A stretch of DNA of 64,000 bases. It comes from Lama glama (taxonomy: Eukaryota). The notes under the pieces are model-generated. The model searched no databases. It was not told the DNA's origin and worked only from the letters and a program-made list of their open reading frames with translations. The stretch is taken from positions 53,322,001 to 53,386,000 of the forward strand of contig CM052816.1 in NCBI GenBank assembly GCA_028534125.1. Direction: 5' to 3'. Numbering within the stretch: the first letter of the stretch is position 1; every line of letters begins with the position of its first letter. This document shows positions 1 to 12,809 of this stretch, piece after piece. Made by a program: the position numbers and the translations under genes.

Positions 1-294
1 TGATTTAAATGGGACACACTGAAGTGACTCTCGTTCCTAGAAGGAAGCAGAGTATACACTAGGGTCCCTCTCATCTCAGGAGGAAGATGAGTTTAGGGAA
101 AACAAAACTTTGAATGGTTGACTTTTTTGACTTTAGGAAAACATGTTTGGGATTCTCTAAAATTAATGTGAAATGAACCCTATGTTGCATCCTAGCTTGT
201 GGTGGAGCAGTTCACCTAAAAGTTCATTTACAGTCAATTCTCAACTGTTAGACACAAGTTCTTCTGTGTATTTACGGAGTCTTCTTGCTAATAG

Positions 295-775
295 TGTTAC
301 CGAAGGCAACTTTGTGTGCCCGATGCACTGTGAGGCCGAACAAACTGAAACATGAGTTTGGAGCAGAGAAAAGTTTATTGCAGGGCCGAGCAAGTAGGAT
401 GGGGTGGCTCATGCCCAAGAAAACCACAAACTCCCCAAAGGGTTTCAGCAAAGCATATTTAAAGCCCAGGTAAGGGAAGGGGGATCGCAGGGTACATGAT
501 CAGCTCGTGCACAGTTCTCTGACTGGTTGATGTTGAGGTAACAGGGTGGTCAACACTACCCACCCCTAGGTGCCAAAAGTTCTGGGAGCCACGTGCTCTT
601 GATCATCAAATAGTTCATTTCTTCCTGTTGGTGGCAGTTTTTAGCATCTGAAAAAACTCAGGAAATATACATGACATACTGTTATCTGGGGACTTCAGGA
701 GGACCTACAGCAGAGGATATGAGGGAGGGTCTGACCCTGGAAGGCCCCTCAGGGTCCTGGTCCTGCTTGGTTACA
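295..775 (-). mobile_element. Solo LTR, ERV1-class (laurasiatherian/camelid type)
   Basis: Termini TGTTACC...GGTTACA form TG..CA near-inverted ends. Minus-strand AATAAA (tttatt 374-379) lies about 80 bp from the 3' end. Length is about 480 bp. The 4-bp flanks atag/gcag match only partly. Confidence 0.75.
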
Positions 776-779
776 GCAG

Positions 780-1005
780 CACAATTTAGTGTCCAAAACT
801 TGAACTCTGGAACCAGGCTGCGTTCAAATCCCAGCTTCATTATTTACTGGCTGTGTGAACTTGAGCAATCACTTCATCTCCCTGTGCTTTGGCTTTCCAC
901 ACCTGTAAAGAGGCAGTAATTACAGGAGCTCCTCATATAATCGGTGTGAGGATTAAAAGAGTTACTACACGTAAAGCAGAGAGAATAGCGTTTAGCATGT
1001 GCCGC
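780..1005 (+). mobile_element. MIR SINE
   Basis: B-box-like gttcaaatcccagct, core ...tgtgaacttgagcaatcacttcatctccctgtgc...ctgtaaa..., and tail gtgaggattaaaagag. Confidence 0.85.
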
Positions 1006-3149
1006 CAAGAAACTCCTCTCCGTGTTCTTCTTTTTCTTCTTATTTTAGAATTAGCTTTTCTTGCTAAAACGTATGGAAAAAAAAAAAAGTAACCACTGTT
1101 ATTATTATGGTCTAAAAAGATGAATATTCTTCCTGAAGTTGTTAATTATTATCAAATGGAAAAATCTAGCATTGGAGAGAATGCAGCTCCGTATTTCAAA
1201 ATCATAAAGGTACTTGTTTCTCTACAGGTGTCTCTTTTTTCCTTTTTGTGGTTCATTTTCAGATGTGACAGAGGTGACTTCTTGAAAGGGGCATTTGATG
1301 AATGCTCTACATGGGAGAAAGGCTAGAAACATGAAAGCTTTTTTCAAGATAATCAAGCAGTGAAACAAAGTGAGATTCTCATCTGCACCTTCTACAGGAG
1401 CAGTAGCACTTCCGGTCTGTCAGCATCTTCTGGTTCATTCCGGGTTCCTCATCACTTTTTCTTCTTGCAGCTGTTTGCTAGGTGTTGACACTGGAAAATC
1501 ACCTGCTCCCAATGCCTGTTTGGCCTTCTAGGTCGTCCTGAAGGTCATTCTCCCCCAGACGAGATGGCCTTACTATGCTTTGCTTTGCTTTGCTTTCATT
1601 CACTTTTCCTTTTATATTTTAGTTTCCTTCAAGAGTTTCAGTGTGCTTTTTTTCTTTTCTTTTCCATTCCCTTCAATAGTTACTTGGAATTTCCCACTTG
1701 TGGGCTCCACTTTCCGAATCCCGACGCTCTGCACCTCTTTGGAAGGCTTGCTTTTATTTCTCCTGTCCAGGTCATCTGTGCAAATCATTAAAGTTAGCGA
1801 GTTAGTACTAATGGCGGGACAAGTCCATCAATGCAGTCTCCCCTCCGTGAAAGTTTACTTTTCTGGTTCAGTGTCTTTTACGGCAAAGCTTGTTAAGAGC
1901 CTTTATTGCCTGAAGAAGGTGCCTCCTGGAACCTTAAGATTTCCATTTTCTGCACAGGACAGGGCCCGGCTGAACTCTGGACGGTGCAGGCAACTCCTGA
2001 GCTTTGCCAGAGAGTTTTGAATGAGATCTAACAGGAACCACGACAGGGACTTAAAAGCTTAGCTGCCACGTCTCTGCTAGAGTCTGTGAGAATGTACCCA
2101 GCCAGAGCTGGGAACAACAGACAGGTTCGTACCGGTGTCAGAGTCCCAGCAGGGCTGCCTTTGAGTCTGAGGAGGAAAAGGTACCCTCTTCAAAGTCCCC
2201 AGGCTGAGTGGATAAAAACCAAGGACTGAGTTCCCATAATCATGGCTACCAGACCAACAGTTTTATTTAGTTCTATTCATATAAATAGTGTTTATAGGAA
2301 ATCTAGCCTCTGTCCACTGGGGTCTAGAGGGGTCATAATGTGTTTCAGTTATAATGTGACACTTGTCACAGAGCTGAGCTGGTCTGCAGGAGCTCAAAGT
2401 GTCCCTGGCTGGGTTTCTAAGCCCTCCTCTGTATTGAATACTCCTCGTCTAAAGTCATCCCTGTGGAGTAATTGTTACTCAGGATGCCAGCAAACTCCTG
2501 TCTCCAAGCAGGGGATCTCTTCCCTGATTCAGAGGGGGTGGATGCCTGAGGCTGAATTAGTCTTTGGAAGTTGCCTGGTGCTGCAGAATCTCAGCAGGGA
2601 GTACTGGAGAGGAGCCAGGCAAACCCAGCAGGCTTGCCCCAGGGAGTCAAGTTTCTGGGTCAGGAAGAACCAGATGAGATACTCCCCACGTGGCCAGCAA
2701 ATCTAAAGGAAGGGTGTGCATTTTTCATCATGCAAGACGTAGGACAGCCATGGGTAAAGGACCAGCCCCCTGAGGGGGTCTCACCCAGGCCTGGAGAAGC
2801 ATGTGCCCACAGAATGCCCACCCTCAGGCCAAGTTCTTCCTAGAGTAGCCCTGAATAAAGCTGATATCAGCTTGCTTCCTGGTTCCCTGTCATCCGGTAT
2901 CCACACCACCCACCCCTTCCTCTCTGCACAGTCATATTCCAGGTAGTAGGTGAGGTTCAGCTCTGTCCCGGCCTAGTCCTCTCAGATTGGACGTACAGGG
3001 TTAGTATGTGTTGTTGTTATTATTATCAAATCCCACCGGAAGTACTCCTCTAACCAGGTTCCAACTGTGCGGTTGTAAAGAAGAGCAGAAGACTCCTTTA
3101 GTTAATCATGTCTTCTTGCTGTTAAAAGTCATTTTCATCCTTATACGTC

Positions 3150-3590
3150 AGCTTTGCAGTATCACTTATCTCTTACCACAAAAATCCTGTGTAATACATA
3201 ACCACAAAACCTCCATGACATATAATGGTGAACAACATTTTGCTTGGGTGTCTGCAGTGGTCAGCCAGGCAGCTCTGCTGGAAATGCCTCACACATCTAG
3301 GAGCTGGCTGGCTTTTGGCTGGGTGACCGAGGTGACTCAGTTCAGCAGGCTAGCCCGGGCGTGTTCTCAGGGTGTGGATGTGGTGGAGGAACCAGGGGAG
3401 GGAGGAGAATCATGCCAGCTCTTCTATCTTCTGTTTGTGAGGTGTTACTAACATTCTATTAGCAGTCAGTCACATAGCCAAGCTCAGATTCAAGGAGCAA
3501 GGATATATATCACCTCTTTAGGGAGAGGAACTACGGAGTGACATGGGGCAAAGGGTGCTGGATTCAGGGGGGTGGTTGCACATACCACAC
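3150..3590 (-). mobile_element. Old MaLR LTR (MLT1G/H/J-like)
   Basis: Motifs typical of MLT1 in reverse orientation: ctcacacatctaggagctggctgg, cagcaggctagcccgggc, acattctattagc...agtcacatagccaagctcagattcaagg, cacctctttagggagaggaac. Confidence 0.65.
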
Positions 3591-3790
3591 CCTCCTGGTC
3601 TCAGCTAGGGGTAGGCCCACTCCATAGAGAAGATCAACTCCTATAATGGCAACTCCAACATAGTGACGGTTACATCCCACAAAGTAAAATCCATGAATGA
3701 TCTAGAGAAAGCTCACTTTGTTAGAGTGCTACTAGCAGTATTTACCACAAAGTTGGTTTTTTCCTTGCTTGTTTTGGTTTTTTAGGCAGC

Positions 3791-4280
3791 TGTTGGGAGC
3801 TCGTTCTCCATGGGTCTCTCTCATTTCTTCATGTCTTATGAGCAGAGGCACTAACTGCTGTTTGTTCCTAATTATATTTTCAAGTATGTTTATGTAGCGT
3901 ATAGCCTTGGAAGGTAGAGGGATTGGCTCCCTGTGGGCAGAGGGCAGAGAGCAGATGTTTTCCGACAGAGCAAAGACCAGGCAGACTTGCTTACTGCCCG
4001 TTATAAAATATTCAAGTTCTCTAACCCCAGGGTTTCCCAGTTTTGACACAAACCACAGTATGTGCACTGTTCACCTGTGTCCCTCAGCATTGCTCCTGTG
4101 CGACTTGGGGGCCAGGGGCACCAATGCAGATGTGAAGCTCATGCGGCTCACTGTGCTGTGAACAGGCAAACTCTTTGTCTCTGACTCAGGAGTCTTCTGC
4201 CGGCATCCATGAAGTGATGGCAGACTACCTTGTTCGTAGGCAATTAGGGTAAAATCTCAGGCCCTTCATGATTCTTGACA
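3791..4280 (+). mobile_element. Solo ERVL LTR (MER70-like)
   Basis: Begins TGTTGGGAGC and ends ...TTCTTGACA. Internal motifs include gagcagaggcactaactg, gccttggaaggtagag, a TATA-like ttataaaa, tttgtctctgactcaggagtc and gggtaaaatctcagg. The family name is from memory. Confidence 0.7.
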
Positions 4281-5710
4281 AATCAAGTAACATCCTAGCA
4301 GGCTGTCTATGTATCTTGTTCCGAGGACACCGTGATCTCTTAGCTGTCCATAGACCCCTCCCTGTAGGACAGTGCACCCTGACTGCTGCCCTGGTCTTGC
4401 TGCCCAGCCCACTATGGCCATTTTGCCTCCTTTGCTCTGATGGTTAACTGCCACCCTCCAGTCTCTGTCATTTCCATTGTTTCTAGGGAGCCCATTTCTA
4501 TGACAGCATCTCCTACTATCAACCCTGGTCCCTACAAGGACAACCACCATCCAACTCCTCTAGGATGTCAGTGCCTCCCTCAGCTGTACCCCTTATTACC
4601 TTAGTGAAGGGAACATTCTCTCTGCCTTCCAGCAGAATACAGTACATTGTTGGCTCCTGTGGTCTTGCACAGTAAGTCTCTTCTAACATTCCCATGTATC
4701 TGAGCTTTCTGAGCCCTTTATCAACACAATGCTGCGGCAATTTGAGCTTTTCCACCTCACTCCCTATGGCCATTGTTTGGCACAAACTTAAAGCAGCCAT
4801 TCCAGCAGTGTATTAGGATCAGCCCTCGATATCCTTTCCCTAGTGTTCAGTCATGGGACAGGGCGCCCATGTCAGTGAACTCTCCTCTCCAGCCTTCTAT
4901 TTCTCTCTTGCCACCGATTCTACCTCCCCCTCCCCCTCCACCCCCTACCCCACCATCTGATTCCTTTAAGCCACCTTGGTTCCCACTTGTGATCCTTGGT
5001 TCCTACTGGTCCGTAATAGCCAGGTCCTGCAATGTCTCTGGTGTGTAAGATTTTCACTCCTGAAGAAGGGGCTGTGTTTCTCAGACTATGCTGGGACCTA
5101 GCCTTTGTTATATGCTGAAGACCATAAAGGAGGCAGGGTAATCTTGAGGCACACAGACATCGCATGTCTGCTTTCCTCTGCAGGGGTTGGGGTCCAGAGT
5201 TGCATGAAGATTGGTGCTTCTCAGGCCCATCCACCCAAATATCCCCAAACCCAATCTCAGAGTCTTACTGTTTTTTTGTTTTTGTTTTTGTTTTTGTTTT
5301 TTACCTTGACTTTGACAGAAGAAATTTGTTGAAGCTGTGAATTCATTTCCTCTGCAGCTCTGCCACTCTTATAACTACACTGGGGCCAATTTGGAGCACA
5401 TTTCTACCCTGCAACTGCTCGAGGCCTTCTGGTTTTCATATCATACTTTCAGTTGACCATTGGCTAACCTGAATCATTTGTTTTTCAAGGCTTCCAAAAA
5501 GTTAAAATCAGGCCAGCTCCCCAATCTTTGTAATCTCCATTACCCCATTCCATTCAAGTGTCATAGCTGCCACGTAACCCGGTGTTTCACCTCTTACCTG
5601 CACCTGTACAGGTGAGAGTCTTAGTGACCATGATGCTACTGCATGCTGCATCCCCGCCATACTCCTAAATCCCATCCAGAGAGCCTGCTTTTTTAGAACT
5701 GCTCCTACCA
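4281..5710 (-). mobile_element. Decayed ERV-L internal region with gag relic
   Basis: Minus-strand translations EVEKLKLPQHCVDKGLRKLRYMGMLE...EGRENVPFTK and VAVNHQSKGG...QLRDHGV resemble ERV-L Gag motifs (EVEMPELPW..VEEGIQRLRE.GMLEW...EGPED.PFT; VAALN.QRQGG...WLI.HGVP). The region is frameshifted and contains stops. Confidence 0.75.
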
Positions 5711-5850
5711 GCTCTCTTAGCCTTGGCCTCTTAGAAGCTGAGTCTGAGATAAAAGCTTGCATCATCTGATTTACTTGGGTGTGAGCTCAAGGAGTAGGAG
5801 TGAGGAACCAGGGGAATAACACTGGGAAGGAGCGAAAGCCAATAAAAAAA
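5711..5850 (-). mobile_element. ERVL LTR fragment (LTR33/LTR16-like), probably the 5' LTR of the adjacent relic
   Basis: Sequence agaagctgagtctgagataaaagcttgca...tttacttggg...gggaagg...aagccaata. A PBS-like minus-strand tggtaggagcagttct lies at about 5696-5711. Confidence 0.5.
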
Positions 5851-6529
5851 AATACAATGTGTAACAACGTTTGCCTCACTCCCCTCCTATTAAAGACTGA
5901 GTGTTACACCCCATTTATGTCTTGAGCATTTTGATAAGAATATCCTTTCTGAGTAATTTTGAATTTTTAGTTTTAATGAAGTTGCAATCTTTTCCCCATG
6001 TTTTCAAATTGTTATTCTGGTTGGGCTTTTTTTTTTTCTTTTGTCCTTTGTTCATTTACTTACCAAGAGCCAAGTTTGATTTTTTAATAAATATCTTCAA
6101 ATAACCATTGTCACAGTCACTGTCATACATTCCTGGTGGGCTAAACACTGATACAACATTTCTGGCAAGCCTTTTTCAGTGTGTATCAAGAATTGTTTTA
6201 ATGTTTCTACCATATGAAATCTCTCTAAGACAGACAGGACATAGGGCCCTGGAACAGGGTGGGTTTCAGGGAGCCTGGCTTGGGAGTCTGAGTGACGTGG
6301 GACTGACTTTTCATGATCAGTTTCCCCTAATTTGCTTTTTGTATCTGTTGTTGTCACTATTGTTAGTGATGCTTCAGGGCATTAGAAATTTTAAGCTTTT
6401 ACCTGGTCAAACCTGTGGACTTTAGAAAGTCATTCCCCTACCAGAAGTTAGAAAATTTCAACCGTATTTTCTTCTAGTTTTTTTCCTCAAAGATTTCATA
6501 TTTTAAAAACATTTAACTCATGTAGACTT

Positions 6530-7425
6530 ATAGAACCACTAACATCAAAAATACACTAACAGCAAGTGCTGGAGAGGATATGGAGAAACTGGATCTCTCA
6601 TACTTTGCCAGTGGGAATGTGAAATGGTACAGCCTCTCTGGAAAACAGTGTAGTAGTTTCTTATATAACTGAACATTACCATACAACACAGCAATGCATT
6701 CTAGGAATTTGTCCTAGAGAAATAAAATTTACCTTTACACAAAAACCTACATGTGAATGTCCACAGCAGCTTTATTCATCCAGCCCAGATCTCACTCAGT
6801 TGGTGTATAGGTGAATAAACTGAGGTCCATTCATACAGCAGAATAAATACTACTTGGAATAAAAAGGAATAAACTATTGATGCATGCAACCAGATGGACC
6901 TCAAGGGCATCATTCTTAGTGGAAAAGGACAATTGCAGGAGGTTACCTGTGTGATCCCAATTACATATAACATTTTCAAAATGGCAAAATCGTAAGATGG
7001 AGAACAGATTAGTGGTTGTCAGGGGAGAGGGATGGTGATTGGTGGGGAGTAGAGGGTGTTGGGGAGCCTGGGGGAGTGGAATGGTTGAGGATGAGCAAGA
7101 ACATAAAGAGGCAGCATGAAGGAGTTTTGTGGTGATGGAACGATTCTGTGCCTTGTTTGTGGTGGTGCTTACACAGATCTATTCATGGGATAAAATTGTA
7201 GACACACACACACACACACACACACAAATGCAGCTTTAAAATGGTAGGAACTAAGTATAGTCTGTAGTCTGGTTTAACAGTAACTTTTCATTGTCAAGTT
7301 CTTTGTTTCATACAACAGCTATGGAAGATGTCATCATTGGGAAAAGCTGGGGGATGGGCCTTCAGGACCCTACCATTTTTGCAACTTCCTATAAATCTAT
7401 AATTTTTTTCAAAATAGAAGTTTTA
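6530..7425 (+). mobile_element. L1MC/L1MD 3' end
   Basis: ORF2 tail caagtgctggagaggatatggagaaactggatctctcatac...gggaatgtgaaatggtacagcc. The 3'UTR contains a (CA)n run and ends ttttgcaacttcctataaatctataatt. It is nested within older minus-strand L1 debris (about 5900-6520 and 7430-7730). Confidence 0.85.
7202..7226. repeat. (CA)n microsatellite inside the L1 3'UTR
   Basis: Read directly from the sequence. Confidence 0.95.
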
Positions 7426-7794
7426 TAGAAACATGTAATGCTTTAATTAATCTGAAATGTATTTTGTATATGGTATGAGGTGAGAACCTGAATTGATTTA
7501 TAGCCACATGGTTAGCCACACGGTTACCAAGGATGCCAGTGTTATATCTTGACAAGCACTTCCCTGTCCCACCAATTCATGCACCCTCCTATGGTATTCA
7601 TTAAACTCATAAAAATCTGGGATCTCTTGCTAAGTTGCCCAACTCTGTTGTTCTGTGTGTTCATCTTGTGCCAAAGTCACACTAATTTAATTGTGGCAAC
7701 TTCACAACGTGTTTCAATAGCTGATAACGCCAGTGATTCCTTATTGTGCTTAGTGATAATGAAGAGGTGGAGGAGGAAGAAGAAAACCCATGTT

Positions 7795-8015
7795 TTCTGA
7801 GTACTCACTGTGATCCAGACACAGGGCTAAGATCTCCACGTGGGTCCCTCCCAGTACGCACATGAAGTAGGTATTGTGATTATTCCCCTTTTACAGCTGA
7901 GGACTGAGATTCAGAGAAATCAGCCCTTACTCAGGATCACAAGCTAGTAAGTGGCACAGCCAGGTTTCAAACCCAGGCCTGTGGGGTTCCAAAGACTGTT
8001 CTTTTAACTACTGTA
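7795..8015 (-). mobile_element. MIR SINE
   Basis: Reverse MIR core: attcccctttacagctgaggactgagattcagaga...aggatcacaagctagtaagtggcacagccaggtttcaaacccagg. Confidence 0.85.
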
Positions 8016-8249
8016 ACTGACTGTCTCTTCCTTTAAAAAAAAGGAAATTTATTTCACTTATTTTTCTTCTAGTTCAACTAACAAAATCATATAATCATGT
8101 TCTGAACAGAAAAGAAGAACTTGATATTTTAATTGTATATTCTCGTGCATAAATTAATTTTGAAGAGTTAACTATCTTGACATTTACTCTTCCTATGCAT
8201 GATCATGACATTCAAATCTTATATCATTCAAAACAGTCACTTTGATTTC

Positions 8250-9560
8250 AAAATTATTTTATATATTTTATGTAATTCATGTTCATGGTACCAATGTCAA
8301 AGTTACAAAAGGGTGTACAGTTAACAGTAAGCCTCCATCCCACCCCGTCCCACTTTTACCAGTCAGTCCCTTATGTGCCCTTCTGAAAGTAAACTATGGA
8401 AGTATAAGTGTCTATGTGCATATAGTGTATCTACACACATACATGCTATTTTGCACTTTGATTTTTTTCCATTTAAACATCTTAGAAACTATTCCATATT
8501 AGTATATAGGGAGCTGCCTTATTCTTTTAATGTCTACATTGTTTTCCATTGACTGAGTACAATAAAAATTCTTTTAACCTGCCTCCCATTGATAGGCATT
8601 AAGATTTTAAGTTTTTGCCTATTAAAGCTAACGCTACGAGAAACATCCTTGCACATACTTTATTTCACATGTGCAATAGTAACTGTACATTAAGTTCCTA
8701 AGAGTGAAATTTTTGGATCTGAGGGTTTATGCATTTACAATTCAAATAATGTTTTCCAAACTGCCTTCCAGAAACTTGAACAAATTTATACTACCATCAC
8801 CAATAGTTGTCAGAGTGCCTGTTTTTCCAGAGCCTTTATTACATTTATTATCTTTGCCAAACTAATAATTGAAAATTGTGTTTTATTATAGCTTTAACTT
8901 GCCTTTCTCACTAAATAAGAGTGATCATGAGTTGTCCATCTTTTTCTTCACGATTTGTAGGAGCTTTTATATATTAAAGGATCTTGCTCTTTTGACTGTA
9001 ATTTAAGCTGCATTTTTTCCCTAGTTTGTCCTGTTTGTTTACTTTTTTACTTTGCTTACGCAGAGTTAGCAAAGTGGCTTAGGCTTCGCCGCACACTGGA
9101 GGAGCTGCCGTGCAGAAATGTCCTCCTCTCATGTGGTCAGGCTGGTCAGTCTTTTCTTTCATGGTTTTTGCATCACACTTAGGCCTTCTATCCTCCCAGA
9201 TTGTAAAAACTGAAAGTCGCCTATAGTTCTTAAACTGTATGATCCTTTTAAGCCTTTCAATTATCTCAAATTTACTTTGTCTTCTCTTGGATGACTACTC
9301 AGTTGTCCCAATAGTATTTTTAAAGAGAATCATTTTTCTGTGCTGATTTAAAATGCCAACTAAGTCCATCTATACTAAATTTCTGTTTGGATTTGGGTCC
9401 ATTGGTGGACCTTCAAGGCTGTTTCATTGACCTTTAGGACTATTCATGTGTCAGTATCATACAGTTTTGCTTATTACATTTTGATAACATGTTTTATTAT
9501 CACATAAAGCTTGTGCCTTCCTTCACCACTTTTCTTTTTCAAAATAGTGAGCTTGTTTAT
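8250..9560 (-). mobile_element. L1ME-type 3' end and ORF2 tail
   Basis: Reverse L1ME motifs: acaaaagggtgtacagt, cctcccattgataggcatt, cctaagagtgaaattttggatc, caaatttatactaccatcaccaatag, cagttgtcccaatag. Confidence 0.75.
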
Positions 9561-12335
9561 TCTTAATTTAACTGTGGTGCTGGGCCCAGGCTTCAGGGCT
9601 CCAAGCAGCTCATATAGTCCTCCCAGGCCCAGTCCTGAGTCAGGATCTCTGTAGGCTTGTTCCCGTGCACATTTAGAAGACAGTTTAGCAGACACGTGAG
9701 CCCCCTTCATGCATCCTCCTCCAGCAGGGGCTTCGCTAAAGGCCTCCACCAATAGTGCTTCCAAGTCCTAGAAGGGTCCACCCTCCCTGGAGCAAACGCA
9801 GGGATCCAAGCACTTCTCCTGCTGAAGTTCACAGAAGAGGTTCTGAGGTTTGATGTTTTCCTCCAACTAATGTCAAATAGCAGGCCTGTAATTTTCCCAA
9901 ATTTAAGAGTATTTTCCCCTGGCTTCCTGGCTGGCTCAGACTTGCAAAAATATTCTCAATTTCAACCTCACTTCCTCTAACATTGTGCAAGACAGTGTGC
10001 GGCAAAGTCTTCGACTATAAAACGTTTCTGACATTTTCACTCTGTGACTTGCCAGTTTTTCATTTGATTCTTTTCCCTTTTTATAAAGACAAATTAGAAA
10101 GCAATCACTCCATAACCTTTGGCTTTGTTATTTTTTTAATCCTTTGTGCTACCCAGTTCTATTTCCTTGTCTATCACTCTTCTCTATTGATTTTGGATGG
10201 TCTGGTGTTTGCCTTTGTGCTATGCAAAGAGAGCTATTGATTTTGAATAGATCTAGAAATGTTGGGAGGTTTTGGCGACATAGCCAATCTTAGAGTTGCT
10301 CCTACAGGCATTAGACATTCCCTTGCAAGTGAGTTTATTGTCTCAGTCTGATTATGGAAATAAAGACTGTTGACAGCTTTTGGCAAAGACCTTCAGAGTT
10401 AACATCTGCCCATTCATGACAAGAACCAGGAGTGACCTGTTGAATGTCCTACCGAACCACTGATGGCAAACGTGTCTTCAATTTCCACTCTAAAAAAATA
10501 GGATATGGTGCAATGGAAAGAGAACTTTGGATGGTGAATCATTAAAATATAATCTTAATGATTCCTGGCAGGGTGGAATTCCTCACCGGGTTCTGGAGAA
10601 GTCTGCTGAATAATTTAGAAGTAGGAGGTTGTATCATCAGACTCTTCTTGATTATCCCTAAATGATGAGGACCAGGGGTAATGTGGACAGTGAAGGCTAT
10701 CTTAACTTACCTTTCTTCCCCAGAAGTCATCCTCCAGATTTTTACCTAGTCTCTTGCATACAGCACATGAGAAATTAGTGGTTAAAGGACAAGCAGTGGA
10801 AAAGAGTGAAGGAAAAAATTTAAGTCATCCTTAGCCTGGAGGACTAGATGCTAAGCATTTGAAAGTTGCCCCTAACTATATAGCAAGGATGCTGCTATGG
10901 GATGAGCTCAGCCAGCTCCCCAGCCCCAGAGATGGTGCCGTGAGGATGACCACAAGGAAGCCTTTGCCCAGGAGCTAAGGTGCTTGCTGCTGGCGCATCT
11001 GGGTCCTGCCAAGCTGAATTGCCCAGCCAAGTGTCCCCCTACCTGGCCCCATCCATGGCTCTTCCTCTGGAGAGGTAAGAAGCTGTTCCTCCAACTGAAG
11101 TGCTGAGGGATTCATGAGCTAAAGAATGGTGATGCTCCAAGGCAAAGGAAGTACATCAAAATAAGAAATGCACCTGCCCTTTGACCCAGCAATTCCTAAA
11201 TGAAGACCTATGAGGGCATTAATTTGAATCTGAAATAGATTTTTCAGGTGGTTGGGCTATGGTGCAAAATATGCCCCCCTGAAATCATCAATAAATTCTA
11301 TGATTCTCATGAAAGGAGGTAATTTAAATGGCAACTGAAGAAAGAGCTCAAATCTACGGTGAGGGGTGAAGAAATGGGCAGCCAGGTAGTGGGAACTGGG
11401 ATGATAACTCTCAGGTTTGTGAGCTGATTCCCCTGCCAGTCACGCAAGACTGAGTCTAGGGCAAACCTTTAAAGGGAGAATGAAGAAATGTCTCGTGAAC
11501 ACTCACCCATTTCTTCCCAGGCTGAGTCAGCCTTGGTTCATTTAGGTGCTTTCACGCCATTGATCTTCCTGGATATTCAGGGAAGCAGGGGTTCTGAGTC
11601 CAACTAGCAGTCAGAAATCTTTTTGAGGTCATCTTATTCTTGATTTTCATCTAATGGATCATTGTCCCACTGGTGAATCACTGCATCTCGGGCTGGCCTT
11701 CTAGCCACTTCGGCCCGTTACTTGACCAGAGCAATCCTAACTCCTTACTAATCACAGGAGCAAGTGGGGCGGGGGTGGGGCGGGGCGGGGCCGGGAACAG
11801 AACAGGCATCCTCTCTTCCGTGGCTGAGCACATCTGCAGGTGGCAGAGGAGGGACCCGCCCATACCACACCTCAATTTACCTTCCCCAGCTCTTCCTCCT
11901 TGCTGGTGAAGTGCCTCACTCATGTTTACTCTTGGTGGAGTATCTGGAATCCCATAATCTTAAAACATTCATTCCAACTTGTTATCTTCCAGCATTTTTA
12001 CCGCACCCTATATTTGAAGTGAAAGAGCGTAGGCAATGTGACATCCTGGGTATGAACTCAATTCTGGGAAAGAAACCAGTCATCTTTCATCTGATAAAGG
12101 ATACCTACCAGAATCCTCCTGAGCGTGGTTAAGTACACAGTGGAATGTTACCCGGCAGTGAAAAATAAATGAATTACAGCTATGCAATAAAATAGATGTT
12201 ATAAAATCAATGTTGAGGGAAAAAACTTCCAGTGTCCACATATATAACAACATAGCAATTTTATAAAGATAAAATCTAGCTAAGTGAAGTAGATAGATAT
12301 TTTAGTAGTCCATATGTGTTAAAACACTCTGTATG

Positions 12336-12809
12336 TGTATTCATTTCCTGTGACTCTTGTAACAAATTACCATAAACTTGATGGCTTAAAATAACAGATT
12401 ATCATTCTCTCATAGTTCTGGAGGCTAGAAGTCTGAAATCAGTTTCATTGATCTAAAATCAAGGTGTGGGCAGGGCTGTGCTTCCTCTGGTTGCCCTAGG
12501 GAAGAGTTCATGAGTTTTTTTCCTTGCTTCTCCCAGCTTCTTGTGGCTGCCAGCATTCCTTGGCCACGTCACTCCAATGTCAGCCTCCAAGGTCACATTG
12601 CTTTCCCCTTTTCTACAGTCAAAACTTTCGTTGCTTTTATTTTATAAGGATGCTTGTGATTGTATTCAGAGCCCACGTGGATAATCCAAGCCGATCTCCC
12701 CATCTCAGGATCCTTGATTTACCCACCTAGAATGTCTTTGCCTTATAAGGTGAACATCACAGTTTCCAGGAATTAAGATATCTTGTGGGTCCATTATTCA
12801 GCCTACCCC
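12336..12809 (-). mobile_element. MaLR solo LTR (MLT1B/C/D-like)
   Basis: tgtattcatttcctgtgactcttgtaacaaattaccataaacttgatggcttaaaataacaga...catagttctggaggctagaagtctgaaatc...aaatcaaggtgtgggcagggc...ccattattcagcctacc. Confidence 0.88.

Noticed and set aside
2242..2706. 154-aa ATG-initiated ORF (and similar ones at 23695-24123, 58422-58820, 61863-62345)
   Set aside because: No recognisable protein family, promoter or consistent exon context. The lengths are within what is seen by chance in mammalian non-coding DNA.
2858..2873. Perfect 16-bp palindrome AAGCTGATATCAGCTT overlapping an AATAAA
   Set aside because: About one such palindrome is expected by chance in 64 kb (64000/4^8), and there is no supporting context.
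4266..4800. Domesticated gag-derived gene
   Set aside because: The Gag motifs are split over different frames with stops, and there is no long ORF.
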